From the IMG/VR virus record IMGVR_UViG_3300034684_000299, positions 1 to 64,000 of that record: DNA of 64,000 nucleotides; one strand, 5' to 3'. Below are positions 1 through 9,598 of this stretch, piece after piece. The notes below the pieces were generated by a model that ran no database searches, was not told the origin of the DNA, and saw only the letters and a program-made list of their open reading frames with translations. The position numbers and the translations under genes are program-made. Source of the DNA: a virus. The first letter of the stretch is position 1; each line of letters begins with the position of its first letter.

Positions 1-401
1 TGTGAGTCTAACTTATGCTTAATAGAAGGTGCAAGCCAACCCTCTTTTTTAGAAGATACTCTATTGTTAAACTTAGGTTTTCTATATCTAAGCCTATTGC
101 GTCTAATTCTACGATACATCCTTCTTTCCTTGATAAGTTCAGATATATCGTTTCTTAGTTTAACTTCACCAGAGATTAGCTCCTTCTTTTCAGTTATAGC
201 TGAAAAACCTATATGGTTATACCCACTATCTATACCAAGTGTAATATCTTGTGTATAGGTAGTAGTATCATATAAAAGCTGAATAGTAAAAGGTTTAACT
301 TTAACCACTTTAGCAAGTCCTTGCTTAAGTAGTCTTCTAACTTTACCATGCCTATTAGTAGGCATTAAAGGTTTCCCATTAATAGATAGTACATATACCA
401 T
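1..401 (-). CDS. iscB: IscB RNA-guided endonuclease #1, N-terminal part (runs off window start; not in ORF track)
   Basis: Manual translation from ATG at 401 (SD AAAGGAGG): MVYVLSINGKPLMPTNRHGKVRRLLKQG (PLMP domain), LGIDSG (RuvC-I), RRMYRRIRRNRLRYRKPKF (bridge helix), EGWLAPS. Confidence 0.92.
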   Translation of the reverse strand, partial: MVYVLSINGKPLMPTNRHGKVRRLLKQGLAKVVKVKPFTIQLLYDTTTYTQDITLGIDSGYNHIGFSAITEKKELISGEVKLRNDISELIKERRMYRRIRRNRLRYRKPKFNNRVSSKKEGWLAPSIKHKLDS

Positions 402-666
402 TTAAACAACCTCCTTTAAAGGTAAGTCAGGCTAAAGCCTGTAAGTCCACATCGCCAATGTTACAGTAGGTTTTTCAGTAACAGCACTTCTCCTACCCAT
501 CAGAGATGTTTAACCATTACCCACAGAGCTTGGAACTTGTGGAGCATCCCAAGGTGTCTATATATTCTACTGTAACGTAGCTAAAAAGTAATCCTTTTAG
601 CTTAGGCTAATCAACCGAGCTTGTTTTTCTACAAGCCCCCACCTCTATAGGTGGTGGGTAGTTGAC
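402..666 (-). ncRNA. omegaRNA (HEARO-type) scaffold of IscB #1
   Basis: Starts GTCAACTACCC + hairpin CCCACC..GGTGGG; conserved blocks GTTGATTAGCC, CTACGTTA, GTTAAACA, AACATTGGCGA shared with the other two loci. Confidence 0.85.
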
Positions 667-1883
667 ACTATTACGTTTGTAGGAACACTTCTACTAGAAG
701 TAGGTCCAATTCCTAATTGCCCATAGAAATTATTCCCCCAAGTATACAATTTACCCGTTTCTGTTATTGCTGCTGAATGATGATCTGATATACTTATAGC
801 AACCACTTTTTCTCCACCAAACATATCTATCAAAATAGGATAATGTTTTGGAATAGTGGTTCCATCACCTAATTTTCCTTCGCTATTGCTTCCCCAAGTA
901 TATAACTCACCTGATTCAATTAATGCTGCAGAATGAGCCCATCCTAAACTTACATCTACTACTTTTTTTCCAGAAATTATACAAGTTGGAATATGTCTTT
1001 CATCAGTAGAGCCATTTCCTAATTGTCCATAATAATTGTACCCCCAAGTATACAATTTTCCTGATTCAGTTATCGCGGCGGAATGTTCTACACCCAAACT
1101 TACAGCAATTACTTTTTCCCCATTAAACCTATCTATTAATCTTGGCGTATGTTTCTCAACAGTAGTTCCATCGCCTAATTGTCCAAAGTCATTGTCACCC
1201 CAAGTATACAATTTTCCTGATTCTGTGATTGCCGAAGAATGCCCTGAACCCAAACTTACAGTTACTATTTTTTCTCCATTAAATCTATTTATCCATAAAG
1301 GAAAGCTTCTATCAATAGTAAGCCCATTACCTAATTGACCATAGTCATTTTCACCCCACATATATAATTTACCTGATTCTGTTATTGCCGCTGAAGTATA
1401 ACCTCCCAAACTTATAGCTATTACTTTTTCTCCATTAAAACTATCAATTAATGTTGGCGTAGTTCTATTGTATGTATTTCCATTGCCTAATTGTCCATGT
1501 TGATTGTGCCCCCAAGTATACAATTTGCCCGTTTCTGTTATTGCTGCTGAATGATCTTGCCCTAAATCCACAGCAATTACTTTTTCTCCATCAAAACTAT
1601 TTATTAATGTTGGAACATATTTATCAGCAGTAGTTCCATCACCTAATTGTCCATATTCATTGTCACCCCAGGTATATAAACTCCCAAATTCTGTTATCGC
1701 TGAGGAATAGCCAACTCCCATACTAATTTTTTGAAACTTTATTGTTGGTTCAGGATTAGAAGGCACAAGGAACTCTGTAATAGTACAAAAAGTTCTAACA
1801 TCTCTAGTTCTTTTCCCGTTTTTTAATTTAGCATTTAAATAATATATATCAGACAATTTAATCGACTCCTTTTGTTGTATCAA
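645..1883 (-). CDS. RCC1-repeat beta-propeller protein A (7 repeats), putative tail/receptor-binding; probable start TTG 1856
   Basis: Seven HSxAITExGKLYTWGxNxxGQLG-type repeats of ~52 aa; last residues VSTTHHL* are encoded by the IS left end. Confidence 0.85.
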   Translation of the reverse strand: MIQQKESIKLSDIYYLNAKLKNGKRTRDVRTFCTITEFLVPSNPEPTIKFQKISMGVGYSSAITEFGSLYTWGDNEYGQLGDGTTADKYVPTLINSFDGEKVIAVDLGQDHSAAITETGKLYTWGHNQHGQLGNGNTYNRTTPTLIDSFNGEKVIAISLGGYTSAAITESGKLYMWGENDYGQLGNGLTIDRSFPLWINRFNGEKIVTVSLGSGHSSAITESGKLYTWGDNDFGQLGDGTTVEKHTPRLIDRFNGEKVIAVSLGVEHSAAITESGKLYTWGYNYYGQLGNGSTDERHIPTCIISGKKVVDVSLGWAHSAALIESGELYTWGSNSEGKLGDGTTIPKHYPILIDMFGGEKVVAISISDHHSAAITETGKLYTWGNNFYGQLGIGPTSSRSVPTNVIVSTTHHL

Positions 1884-3633
1884 TAACTTTGAGATAAATA
1901 GGTGGAAACTGAGGTATAAAACCTTTTTTATTACTTTTTAATATTATTTTATGATTAATTTTATTCTCTAAATCTTTCAAAGCTTCAGAAGGAGCGTTAA
2001 TATCTATCAATTGATTCAACTTTTGAAATCTAACGTCAAAAGTAAGTATTTCACCAGTTCGTAATTTGACTTTTAATAGCAATTTTTCAGATTCTATTCT
2101 AGAACATGGAATGAATGGAGCGACAAGATATTTAACCCCGGATCTGGGTTGCATACAGAATCTTAATGTTTCAATTCGTATAAAATTATAATAATACTTT
2201 TCAATTGGATTCTCAATTTTGATCCAATTATAGGCTTTATCAGTTTTTAAAAAGGTTGGTACACGTACATTAATCCAATTATATTTATACGAGAATGTTT
2301 TACGATTAATAGGTTTGTAAAATGAAATTATGAAATTAGTTGGCTTTATACTTAAATTACTGGATGTAACTTTAAGCTCATTTATTATACGTGAATAAAT
2401 GGATAGATTTTCCAAAGTAATCAACAGTTTGTTGAGTTCATGCTTGGTATGATTACTTGATATATTAGAAATTAAAAAGTTATAATTTTTTCTATCAAAA
2501 ATACTTTTGGATGCATTAATAAATAATAATTTTATAAATTCTTTATCAAAAGAAAGTGTTTGCAAATTTCGTAATGTTTCTCTGTGAATTGTAGTATTTA
2601 AATAAATTAAATCTCTTATAATATCAGCATAACCAATAGTATTTTCTAATATTATGTTTTTAAGAATAGAATTATTATAATCAGTATAATTCGTTGATAT
2701 TTTAGATATAGGAATAAAATTTTTAGTAAGTGAACTGAGAGACAAATAATTGAATATCTTACTCTCTTTTGTTTGAGTTGAAGACATTAAGTAATTTATT
2801 GTATTAAAATTAGACAAATAAGATGTATTAGAAATATAGTTTTTAACAATGTTTGTCGAGTTTTGATTATTTAAAATAAGAAAATTAGATACTTTTGGAT
2901 AATATAACTTTGTTTTTGGATAAATAATATGAGATACAGGTGCTTCTTGCATTCTGGTCAAAGTGAAATTCAAATTAGATACTTTTTCTTTCCTTTTAAT
3001 ATTTCTACTTTGAATATCTTTAGAAACTTGTATCCATTTTTCTAATTTTAACGTTGATAAAAACTTAAACCATCCTAAGATAGATTGTAAATCCATCATT
3101 TGCAAAATATCTTCGTCTCTTAACAAACCATAAGCATTTTCAAATAATTCATCGTATTGTTCAGAACTTCCTAAATCATATGAATTTCTGAAGTATTCGA
3201 AAAATATTCTTAATGCAGCTACACTTAAACTTGATATACTGTTCCCTATTTCAAACTCTCTTTCAACAGGTTCTACAATAGTTTCTGTTGGAGGTGGTAC
3301 ATATGGTTCCCCTGGTGTTGATCCTTCTATATATTGTGAAATATCCAATTTATCATAAACCCTAAAAATTTTTATCTCGCTTTGAGAGGACGGAATTATA
3401 TTGATATAATTTAAAAATTCATATGTATTATTCAAAGATAAATTAGAAAGTACATTTGCACCAGCTTCGGACAGATATCCCATTGACATTCGAATCCAAT
3501 TGTAAAATTCCGGATTATTGGGATCCGGAATTATAATATAATCTTTTGTTTTTAAATCAACAAAAGAAACAGCTTTTCTGTTGATTTTACTAATATTAAT
3601 TTGATTATTAATATTAATATAATTATATGGCAT
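1858..3633 (-). CDS. Hypothetical protein (591 aa), N/I/S-rich, in tail operon
   Basis: Long ORF coupled to upstream gene by TAATG overlap at 3631-3635; no recognisable motif. Confidence 0.7.
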   Translation of the reverse strand: MPYNYININNQINISKINRKAVSFVDLKTKDYIIIPDPNNPEFYNWIRMSMGYLSEAGANVLSNLSLNNTYEFLNYINIIPSSQSEIKIFRVYDKLDISQYIEGSTPGEPYVPPPTETIVEPVEREFEIGNSISSLSVAALRIFFEYFRNSYDLGSSEQYDELFENAYGLLRDEDILQMMDLQSILGWFKFLSTLKLEKWIQVSKDIQSRNIKRKEKVSNLNFTLTRMQEAPVSHIIYPKTKLYYPKVSNFLILNNQNSTNIVKNYISNTSYLSNFNTINYLMSSTQTKESKIFNYLSLSSLTKNFIPISKISTNYTDYNNSILKNIILENTIGYADIIRDLIYLNTTIHRETLRNLQTLSFDKEFIKLLFINASKSIFDRKNYNFLISNISSNHTKHELNKLLITLENLSIYSRIINELKVTSSNLSIKPTNFIISFYKPINRKTFSYKYNWINVRVPTFLKTDKAYNWIKIENPIEKYYYNFIRIETLRFCMQPRSGVKYLVAPFIPCSRIESEKLLLKVKLRTGEILTFDVRFQKLNQLIDINAPSEALKDLENKINHKIILKSNKKGFIPQFPPIYLKVIDTTKGVD

Positions 3634-5318
3634 TAGATTATTATTCCTTTAATTATTAGTGAGGATAAATCTTCAGTTGGTACCGCTTGAGACGATAGAT
3701 TCTTTATATTCAACAATGGTGTTTCCCCATTAGCCTCCAATTGTTCTTGAATTAATATCTTGTGTTGTTTATAAAATGGGCAGTTAGCATTACAATTTGT
3801 TGTTTGAAATTCTGGACGTCCTTTTGCACAATAATGCAACAATGTATTATCATCATAAATATTGTATTCACAATGCCCATAGTATTTGTTTTCTAACATT
3901 TCTTCAATTCCTAATATTTTTTGCCCATTTCTTGCTTCCACTATTAGATATAAATCATTATCCTTTGTTATATCTGTATATTTAGCCATAACTTCAACAT
4001 CTATTCTTTTATCAGAAGATACCATAGTTGCATCAGGTGCTCCCATTAAAGCCATAGAATCAGAACCTATAAGGTTTCTAAATTCAAATATTCCTGGATC
4101 AACTGTGGTTACTACTAAAGTATGAAATCCACCTAAACATACTTGTGATGCTTTTTTATATCCGAATCTATCTATTAACGTAGGCACAGTTTTGTTTACA
4201 GTAGTACCATCACCTAATTGACCATAATTGTTTAGTCCCCACATATATAATTTGCCTGATTCCGTTATTGCTGAAGAATGACCATTATATGGGGATACAT
4301 TACCACCTCCTAAATTCACAGTTATTATTTTTTCACCGTTAAATTTATCAATTAAAGTAGGAACACTTTTATTTACAATAGTTCCATCACCTAATTGTCC
4401 GGCATTGTTATATCCCCATGTATATAATTTCCCTGTTTCTGTTATTGCTGATGAATGCAAAAATCCTAAATTAACTACTTTTATTTTTTCTCCATTAAAT
4501 CTATCAATTAAAGTAGGAACACTTTTATTTACAGTAGTTCCATCTCCTAATGCTCCACCATAATCATTTCTACCCCACGTATATAATTTACCGGATTCTG
4601 TTATTGCTGAAGAATGCCATCCACCTAAACTTACAGCAATAACTTTTTCTCCACCAAAATTATCTATTAATATAGGAACATGTTTTTCTACAGTAGTACC
4701 ATCACCTAATTGTCCTTTATCATTCAAACCCCAAGTATATAACTTACCTGATTCTGTTATTGCTGCTGAATGATAGTGCCCTAAACTTACTGATATTACT
4801 TTCTCTCCATTAAATTTATCTATCAAAGTTGGTGTAGTTCGATTGGTAGTAGTTCCGTCTCCTAATCTACCATTGCCATTAAATCCCCAAGTATATAACT
4901 TACCTGATTCTGTTATCATCGCCGAATGATATTCACCCAAACTGACTATTTTTGCCTTATCTTCTTTAAAACTGTATATTAATGTTGGTGTCGTTCTTTG
5001 AGTGGTAGTTCCATCGCCTAATTGCCCATAATTGTTATAACCCCAAGTATATAACTTACCTGTTTTGGTAACAATAGCAGAATGGTAAAAACCAGCTCCT
5101 AAATCTTCTATTTGTTCCCCTTCAAATATTTTTAATTCCACAGGATTACTTTTATTGGCAGTAGTTCCATCTCCCAATTCTCCGTGTACATTGTATCCCC
5201 AGCTATATGTTGTATTAAAAATAATATTTCCTTCAACACTCAAAATTTCTTTTGGCCCAATCAAAAATGCAAAAGGTTCAACAGGGAACGCTTTGTTTTC
5301 AGCTATAATTTTATTCAA
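3633..5318 (-). CDS. RCC1-repeat beta-propeller protein B (7 repeats) with C-terminal Cys/His-rich domain
   Basis: Seven WGxNxxG repeats, then HCEYNIYD..YCA..CNANCPF motif. Confidence 0.85.
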   Translation of the reverse strand: MNKIIAENKAFPVEPFAFLIGPKEILSVEGNIIFNTTYSWGYNVHGELGDGTTANKSNPVELKIFEGEQIEDLGAGFYHSAIVTKTGKLYTWGYNNYGQLGDGTTTQRTTPTLIYSFKEDKAKIVSLGEYHSAMITESGKLYTWGFNGNGRLGDGTTTNRTTPTLIDKFNGEKVISVSLGHYHSAAITESGKLYTWGLNDKGQLGDGTTVEKHVPILIDNFGGEKVIAVSLGGWHSSAITESGKLYTWGRNDYGGALGDGTTVNKSVPTLIDRFNGEKIKVVNLGFLHSSAITETGKLYTWGYNNAGQLGDGTIVNKSVPTLIDKFNGEKIITVNLGGGNVSPYNGHSSAITESGKLYMWGLNNYGQLGDGTTVNKTVPTLIDRFGYKKASQVCLGGFHTLVVTTVDPGIFEFRNLIGSDSMALMGAPDATMVSSDKRIDVEVMAKYTDITKDNDLYLIVEARNGQKILGIEEMLENKYYGHCEYNIYDDNTLLHYCAKGRPEFQTTNCNANCPFYKQHKILIQEQLEANGETPLLNIKNLSSQAVPTEDLSSLIIKGIII

Positions 5319-5355
5319 TCTGAGTGTATTCGTGGTTTTTCACCATCCTTGTAAA

Positions 5356-7266
5356 TTAATCAAAATCCACAATTATTCGTCCACTTAAATTACTCTTAGT
5401 CTGATCTATTCGTTTGATTGTTAATGGAACAGATGTTTGATTTCTATTAGGTAGTTTAACGTATCCTTCCGCTTTGGAATATTCTAACCAAAACTGTTCT
5501 ACGGTAGTTTCATTGTTACCAACGATGATTTTGTCGTTAATCCCTATATTACTGATTGTCTTTAAAAGTACCAGTTTTCCAGGGAAACGCCATTGTTTTA
5601 CTTTCAATTCTCTTGTAGTAGAATCGTATTCCAAAACAATAGGTCTATCGTATCTGTAATATTCTATATAATCCCCTATCTTATAACGATTAACATCGTA
5701 AGGTTGTAAAAGGTTTATTTGAGATACAGCAACCATTTCAGGTGTACTTTCAACAACTTCTTCTAAAATATCTGTATGTGGTTTGATAGTAGCAGGAGCT
5801 AATTCAATATAATAATACGTATTTGTAGAATCATCTAATACTTTGATGGCCTCTTTCTTTCTATCTACATTAAAATCTACTTTTACCATACTTTCCATAT
5901 TTATCACATGGAAATTAACATCGTTGAGATTAAATCGTCCCCAGTCAATTTTGATATTGTTGTTACTATCTTTTTGCACTTTATACATAAAGTTGTTTCT
6001 AATTCGTAAGTTATCACTTAATTCGTCAACAAATAACTTATTTAAATTCATATAATATATCATACTGTAATTTGAAGCTATGATTTTTAATTTAAATTTT
6101 ATATTTGAAGTTATTACTTTTTTTGTAGTTATTTTATGTATTAAACTTCCATCTTCATTATACATATAAAATAGTTGGTACCCGGAATAAATATAAGCAT
6201 CTAAGATAATTGTTTCCGTTGGTAAAGGATCATAAATATATCTATCAAAGATTTTGCTTGTACTACCTGTTGAATCTTTTTCAAAGGTTAAATTTATAGA
6301 ATCAATTAAAGTACCTGTGCTATCCAAAAATTCTAATATATACTTTGAATTAGCGATTCCGGGTGTCAATTTAAATGCTGTTCTAAATCTAAATGGCAGA
6401 GAATACAAATTAGTAGTTTGTATATAATAATTTGAATCTGCAATATTAGAATTGTTAACTACAAGATTGTTCCCATCAGAGATATATAAACCATTAGCAG
6501 AAGTAATATCCCAATTGGTTAAATCTTTAAAATCATCGTTTAAAACTGAGGTTTTTGTAGTGGATAATGTTGACACAACGGTTTGACCATATTGCATTTC
6601 AATTTTATCTTCAGGTACTAAATCCAAAAAATCTATGGAGAATTTTGCTGTTGGTTTTGAAGAGCTTGGAACTAATAAATTAGTATATTCAAAATTATTT
6701 ATTACGGTATTTGGTTCTACATTCAAACCAAGATTATTTTTAACGTTAATTCCTTTAGTTAATACTCTGCCTTCAGGTGTTTGAACTACAACATGGTAAT
6801 TGCCACACGAAATTGAAGAAAATTTGCCTATTTTAGTGAATGTTTTTATACTTTCTTCTTCTATATCAGGCCATAATCGAGCAACAGGATTGTTGTATCC
6901 TGTTCCCCATACATTATCATCTTTATCGTATATAAACAAATTGTATTTATCTAATTGGTATCTAACAATGTGAGCAATAGGGGGAACAATAAACTGTTGT
7001 AATGTTGAAATAGGTAGTTCATCTCCAGTATTTAAGATACCATGTTCATTGTTACCCATAATCCAGATAGTATTACCTGTTTTAAATATTATTATATTTC
7101 CACCATTACATTGAAAATCAGAAACGTTAGTAATGAAAACTGTAGGAGTAGTATCACCATAATTCCATATATATAAAGTTCCATCTTCATTTAAAGAAAC
7201 ATATTTATCTTGAAACTTATCTAATTTAATTATATTAGTAAATTCAGTATAATTAATCAATGGCAT
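5356..7266 (-). CDS. Virion protein with degenerate N-terminal RCC1-like repeats and beta-rich (lectin-like?) domain
   Basis: IWIMGNNEHGILNTG, VWGTGYN, SISCGNYHVVVQTPEGRVLTKG resemble decayed RCC1 blades. Confidence 0.6.
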   Translation of the reverse strand: MPLINYTEFTNIIKLDKFQDKYVSLNEDGTLYIWNYGDTTPTVFITNVSDFQCNGGNIIIFKTGNTIWIMGNNEHGILNTGDELPISTLQQFIVPPIAHIVRYQLDKYNLFIYDKDDNVWGTGYNNPVARLWPDIEEESIKTFTKIGKFSSISCGNYHVVVQTPEGRVLTKGINVKNNLGLNVEPNTVINNFEYTNLLVPSSSKPTAKFSIDFLDLVPEDKIEMQYGQTVVSTLSTTKTSVLNDDFKDLTNWDITSANGLYISDGNNLVVNNSNIADSNYYIQTTNLYSLPFRFRTAFKLTPGIANSKYILEFLDSTGTLIDSINLTFEKDSTGSTSKIFDRYIYDPLPTETIILDAYIYSGYQLFYMYNEDGSLIHKITTKKVITSNIKFKLKIIASNYSMIYYMNLNKLFVDELSDNLRIRNNFMYKVQKDSNNNIKIDWGRFNLNDVNFHVINMESMVKVDFNVDRKKEAIKVLDDSTNTYYYIELAPATIKPHTDILEEVVESTPEMVAVSQINLLQPYDVNRYKIGDYIEYYRYDRPIVLEYDSTTRELKVKQWRFPGKLVLLKTISNIGINDKIIVGNNETTVEQFWLEYSKAEGYVKLPNRNQTSVPLTIKRIDQTKSNLSGRIIVDFD

Positions 7267-7274
7267 AAAAACAC

Positions 7275-8711
7275 CTACTTATATATTGGTGTTAAATCAA
7301 CATGAATTAAGGTTTGAGTCGTTTTTGTAGTAGTCATATTATTAACAGGTAATTGTATTGTTTCATTACCAAAACTTGTAGAAGAAATTAATGTAGGAAC
7401 TGTTTTGTTGGCAGTAGTTCCATCGCCTAATTGACCATTGCCATTCAAACCCCAAGTATATAATTTGCCTGATTCCGTTATTGCTGAGGAATGTCTATCT
7501 CCTAAACTTACAGCTATTACTTTTTCGCCATCGAAATTATCTATTAATATTGGTGTTGCCCTATTTGTAGTAGTTCCATCACCTAATCTACCATCACCAT
7601 TATAACCCCAAGTATATAATTTACCTGTCTCTGTTATTGCTGCTGAATGATAGTATCCTAAACTAACAGCAATTACTTTTTCTCCATTAAATCTATCTAT
7701 TAATGTAGGAACTGTTTTGTTGGCAGTAGTTCCATCGCCTAATTGACCATTGCCATTCAAACCCCACGTATATAATTTGCCTGATTCTGTTACCGCTGAA
7801 GAATGATACCATCCTAAACTAACAGCTATTATTTTTTCTCCATTAAATCTATTTATTAACGTAGGAATTGTTTTGTTGGCAGTAGTCCCATCACCTAGTT
7901 GCCCCGCATCGTTCAAACCCCAAGTATATAGTTTGCCTGATTCTGTTATCGCTGAAGAATGATATCTTCCTAAACTTACAGATATTACTTTTTCGTCATT
8001 AAACTTATCTATCAAAGTTGGTGTAGTTCTAGTAGTAGTAGTTCCATCACCTAATTGCCCAAAATTATTGTATCCCCATGTATATAATTTGCCTGATTCC
8101 GTTATTGCTGAGGAATGTCTATCTCCTAAACTTACAGCTATTACTTTTTCGCCATCGAAATTATCTATTAATATTGGTGTTGCCCTATTTGTAGTAGTTC
8201 CATCACCTAATCTACCATCACCATTATAACCCCAAGTATATAATTTACCTGTCTCTGTTATTGCTGCTGAATGATAGTATCCTAAACTAACAGCTATTAC
8301 TTTTTCGCCATTAAATCTATCTATTAATGTAGGAACTGTTTTGTTGGCAGTAGTTCCATCGCCTAATTCTCCATGAAAATTATATCCCCACGTATATAAT
8401 TTGCCTGATTCTGTTATTGCTGAAGAATGAGAGGAACCTGCTCCTATAGTATAATTCTCACCAAATCTTGACATTAGTACATACGAATCTATTTGATCAT
8501 TAAAAAATTTTATTTTTAAATTGTATGTTCCAGCCACTCTATTTTGTAATCTTACCCTTATTTTCCCTGTTACAGGGTCAAAATCAAAAGGTATAGGATT
8601 GTTTAAATCGTCGTATATTTTAAAATTACATCTTTTTCTTCCTAAACTATCGTATCCCATGACGGCAGGATTGAATGTTGCACCATCAGGAATGAATATC
8701 TCTGTACCCAT
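7275..8711 (-). CDS. RCC1-repeat beta-propeller protein C (7 repeats)
   Basis: Seven highly regular 52-aa repeats; SD AGGAGG. Confidence 0.88.
   Translation of the reverse strand: MGTEIFIPDGATFNPAVMGYDSLGRKRCNFKIYDDLNNPIPFDFDPVTGKIRVRLQNRVAGTYNLKIKFFNDQIDSYVLMSRFGENYTIGAGSSHSSAITESGKLYTWGYNFHGELGDGTTANKTVPTLIDRFNGEKVIAVSLGYYHSAAITETGKLYTWGYNGDGRLGDGTTTNRATPILIDNFDGEKVIAVSLGDRHSSAITESGKLYTWGYNNFGQLGDGTTTTRTTPTLIDKFNDEKVISVSLGRYHSSAITESGKLYTWGLNDAGQLGDGTTANKTIPTLINRFNGEKIIAVSLGWYHSSAVTESGKLYTWGLNGNGQLGDGTTANKTVPTLIDRFNGEKVIAVSLGYYHSAAITETGKLYTWGYNGDGRLGDGTTTNRATPILIDNFDGEKVIAVSLGDRHSSAITESGKLYTWGLNGNGQLGDGTTANKTVPTLISSTSFGNETIQLPVNNMTTTKTTQTLIHVDLTPIYK
7456..8368. repeat. Near-perfect intragenic direct repeat: 7456-7744 = 8080-8368 (289 bp, 2 mismatches, offset 624 = 4x156)
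   Basis: Direct base comparison; 7456-7670 and 8080-8294 are identical. Confidence 0.92.
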
Positions 8712-8724
8712 TATTTTTTTCCTC

Positions 8725-9462
8725 CTAACCTAACGTAATTTCTATATCTTCTATATACATTTCAGAAGTTTTTGTCACGGTAAAACTATATCCGTCTATT
8801 ATAGCATCAGTAGTTGTATATGTATCTGGAACAAGTTCTACTTTAACATCTTGAAATGCTGTTTCTGGTACAATAACTGAAAATTCATACCCGTCTATCA
8901 ATATTAATTCTGGAGCAATTATTTCCGATTTATTAGTAAATAAATCGCTATTATCTATTTCAAATGTTTGTAAGACAAGAAAAGCACGATAATAATATCT
9001 ATGAGTTGCTTCAGCGAAAACAATATTATCTACAAAAGCTTCGTTAGCGTATTTATTTCTAACATCGTTTCTAAGAACTATATCCCCGTCTGTAATAGAA
9101 GTCGGATAACTATTCAATTTTCTAACAATAACAGTGTATCTCCAATCCATAACTTCAGGTTCTTTCCAAGTTAAATGAACTTGATTTATATCAGGTATAT
9201 TATCAGCGACAAAATCTGTTACCGTTAAATTCAAGTTTATATCAGAAGGGAATTCAGGATTGTCTATATAATTAATTTGGCCATCTTTTTGCAAAACCAT
9301 TATAGATGTCGATTCAATTATCGCATTTTCTACATTTGTTATAGGTAATTGGACAAATCTTTTTGTATCATAAAGACTTATTAAATTACCTTCTTCTGTT
9401 ATTAAAAAATTATTTGTTATTTTTTTGACGTTTAAATTGCCTATTTGTTTGGCATTAGACAT
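8725..9462 (-). CDS. Tail protein with FN3-like domain
   Basis: VTDFVA..QVHLTWKEP..WRYTVIVRKLNSYPTSITDG is a typical phage-tail FN3-like signature; duplicated IDGY motif at C-terminus. Confidence 0.6.
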   Translation of the reverse strand: MSNAKQIGNLNVKKITNNFLITEEGNLISLYDTKRFVQLPITNVENAIIESTSIMVLQKDGQINYIDNPEFPSDINLNLTVTDFVADNIPDINQVHLTWKEPEVMDWRYTVIVRKLNSYPTSITDGDIVLRNDVRNKYANEAFVDNIVFAEATHRYYYRAFLVLQTFEIDNSDLFTNKSEIIAPELILIDGYEFSVIVPETAFQDVKVELVPDTYTTTDAIIDGYSFTVTKTSEMYIEDIEITLG

Positions 9463-9475
9463 ATTTTAACCTACC

Positions 9476-9598
9476 TTATCCTGCTTTGAAAGGTTCTAAT
9501 GTGACATCTACATATACTTCTGTACCTGTTTCAGATTGAATACCAGCTAAATCCAAAATTATTTCATAACCTGCAAAATCAAATTTTGCTACTATCTC
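9476..9598 (-). pseudogene. Out-of-frame 40-codon coding remnant, probably the original C-terminus of the 335-aa gene
   Basis: +1 frame EIVAKFDFAGYEIILDLAGIQSETGTEVYVDVTLEPFKAG*, no canonical start near its 5' end, resembles the GY-motif C-terminus of the next gene. Confidence 0.5.

Larger units (their letters stand above)
1..666 (-). mobile_element. IS200/IS605-family IscB element #1 (partial, no tnpA seen)
   Basis: Left end GTCAAC at 661-666, omegaRNA, iscB; right end outside window. Confidence 0.85.

Noticed and set aside
667-690. IscB #1 guide self-targeting other RCC1 repeats (shared GTGTTCCTAC)
   Set aside because: The match covers only the TAM-distal part; the TAM-proximal bases differ.
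645-8711. RCC1 variation as a diversity-generating retroelement (DGR)
   Set aside because: No reverse transcriptase or non-coding template repeat in the window. The Asn of WGxN is invariant in all 21 blades and long tracts are identical including adenines, which fits recombination rather than A-specific mutagenesis. An RT elsewhere in the genome cannot be excluded.
645-8711. 156-bp periodic repeats as a CRISPR array
   Set aside because: Repeats are in-frame coding units with no repeat-spacer structure; no cas genes; IscB loci have no adjacent arrays.
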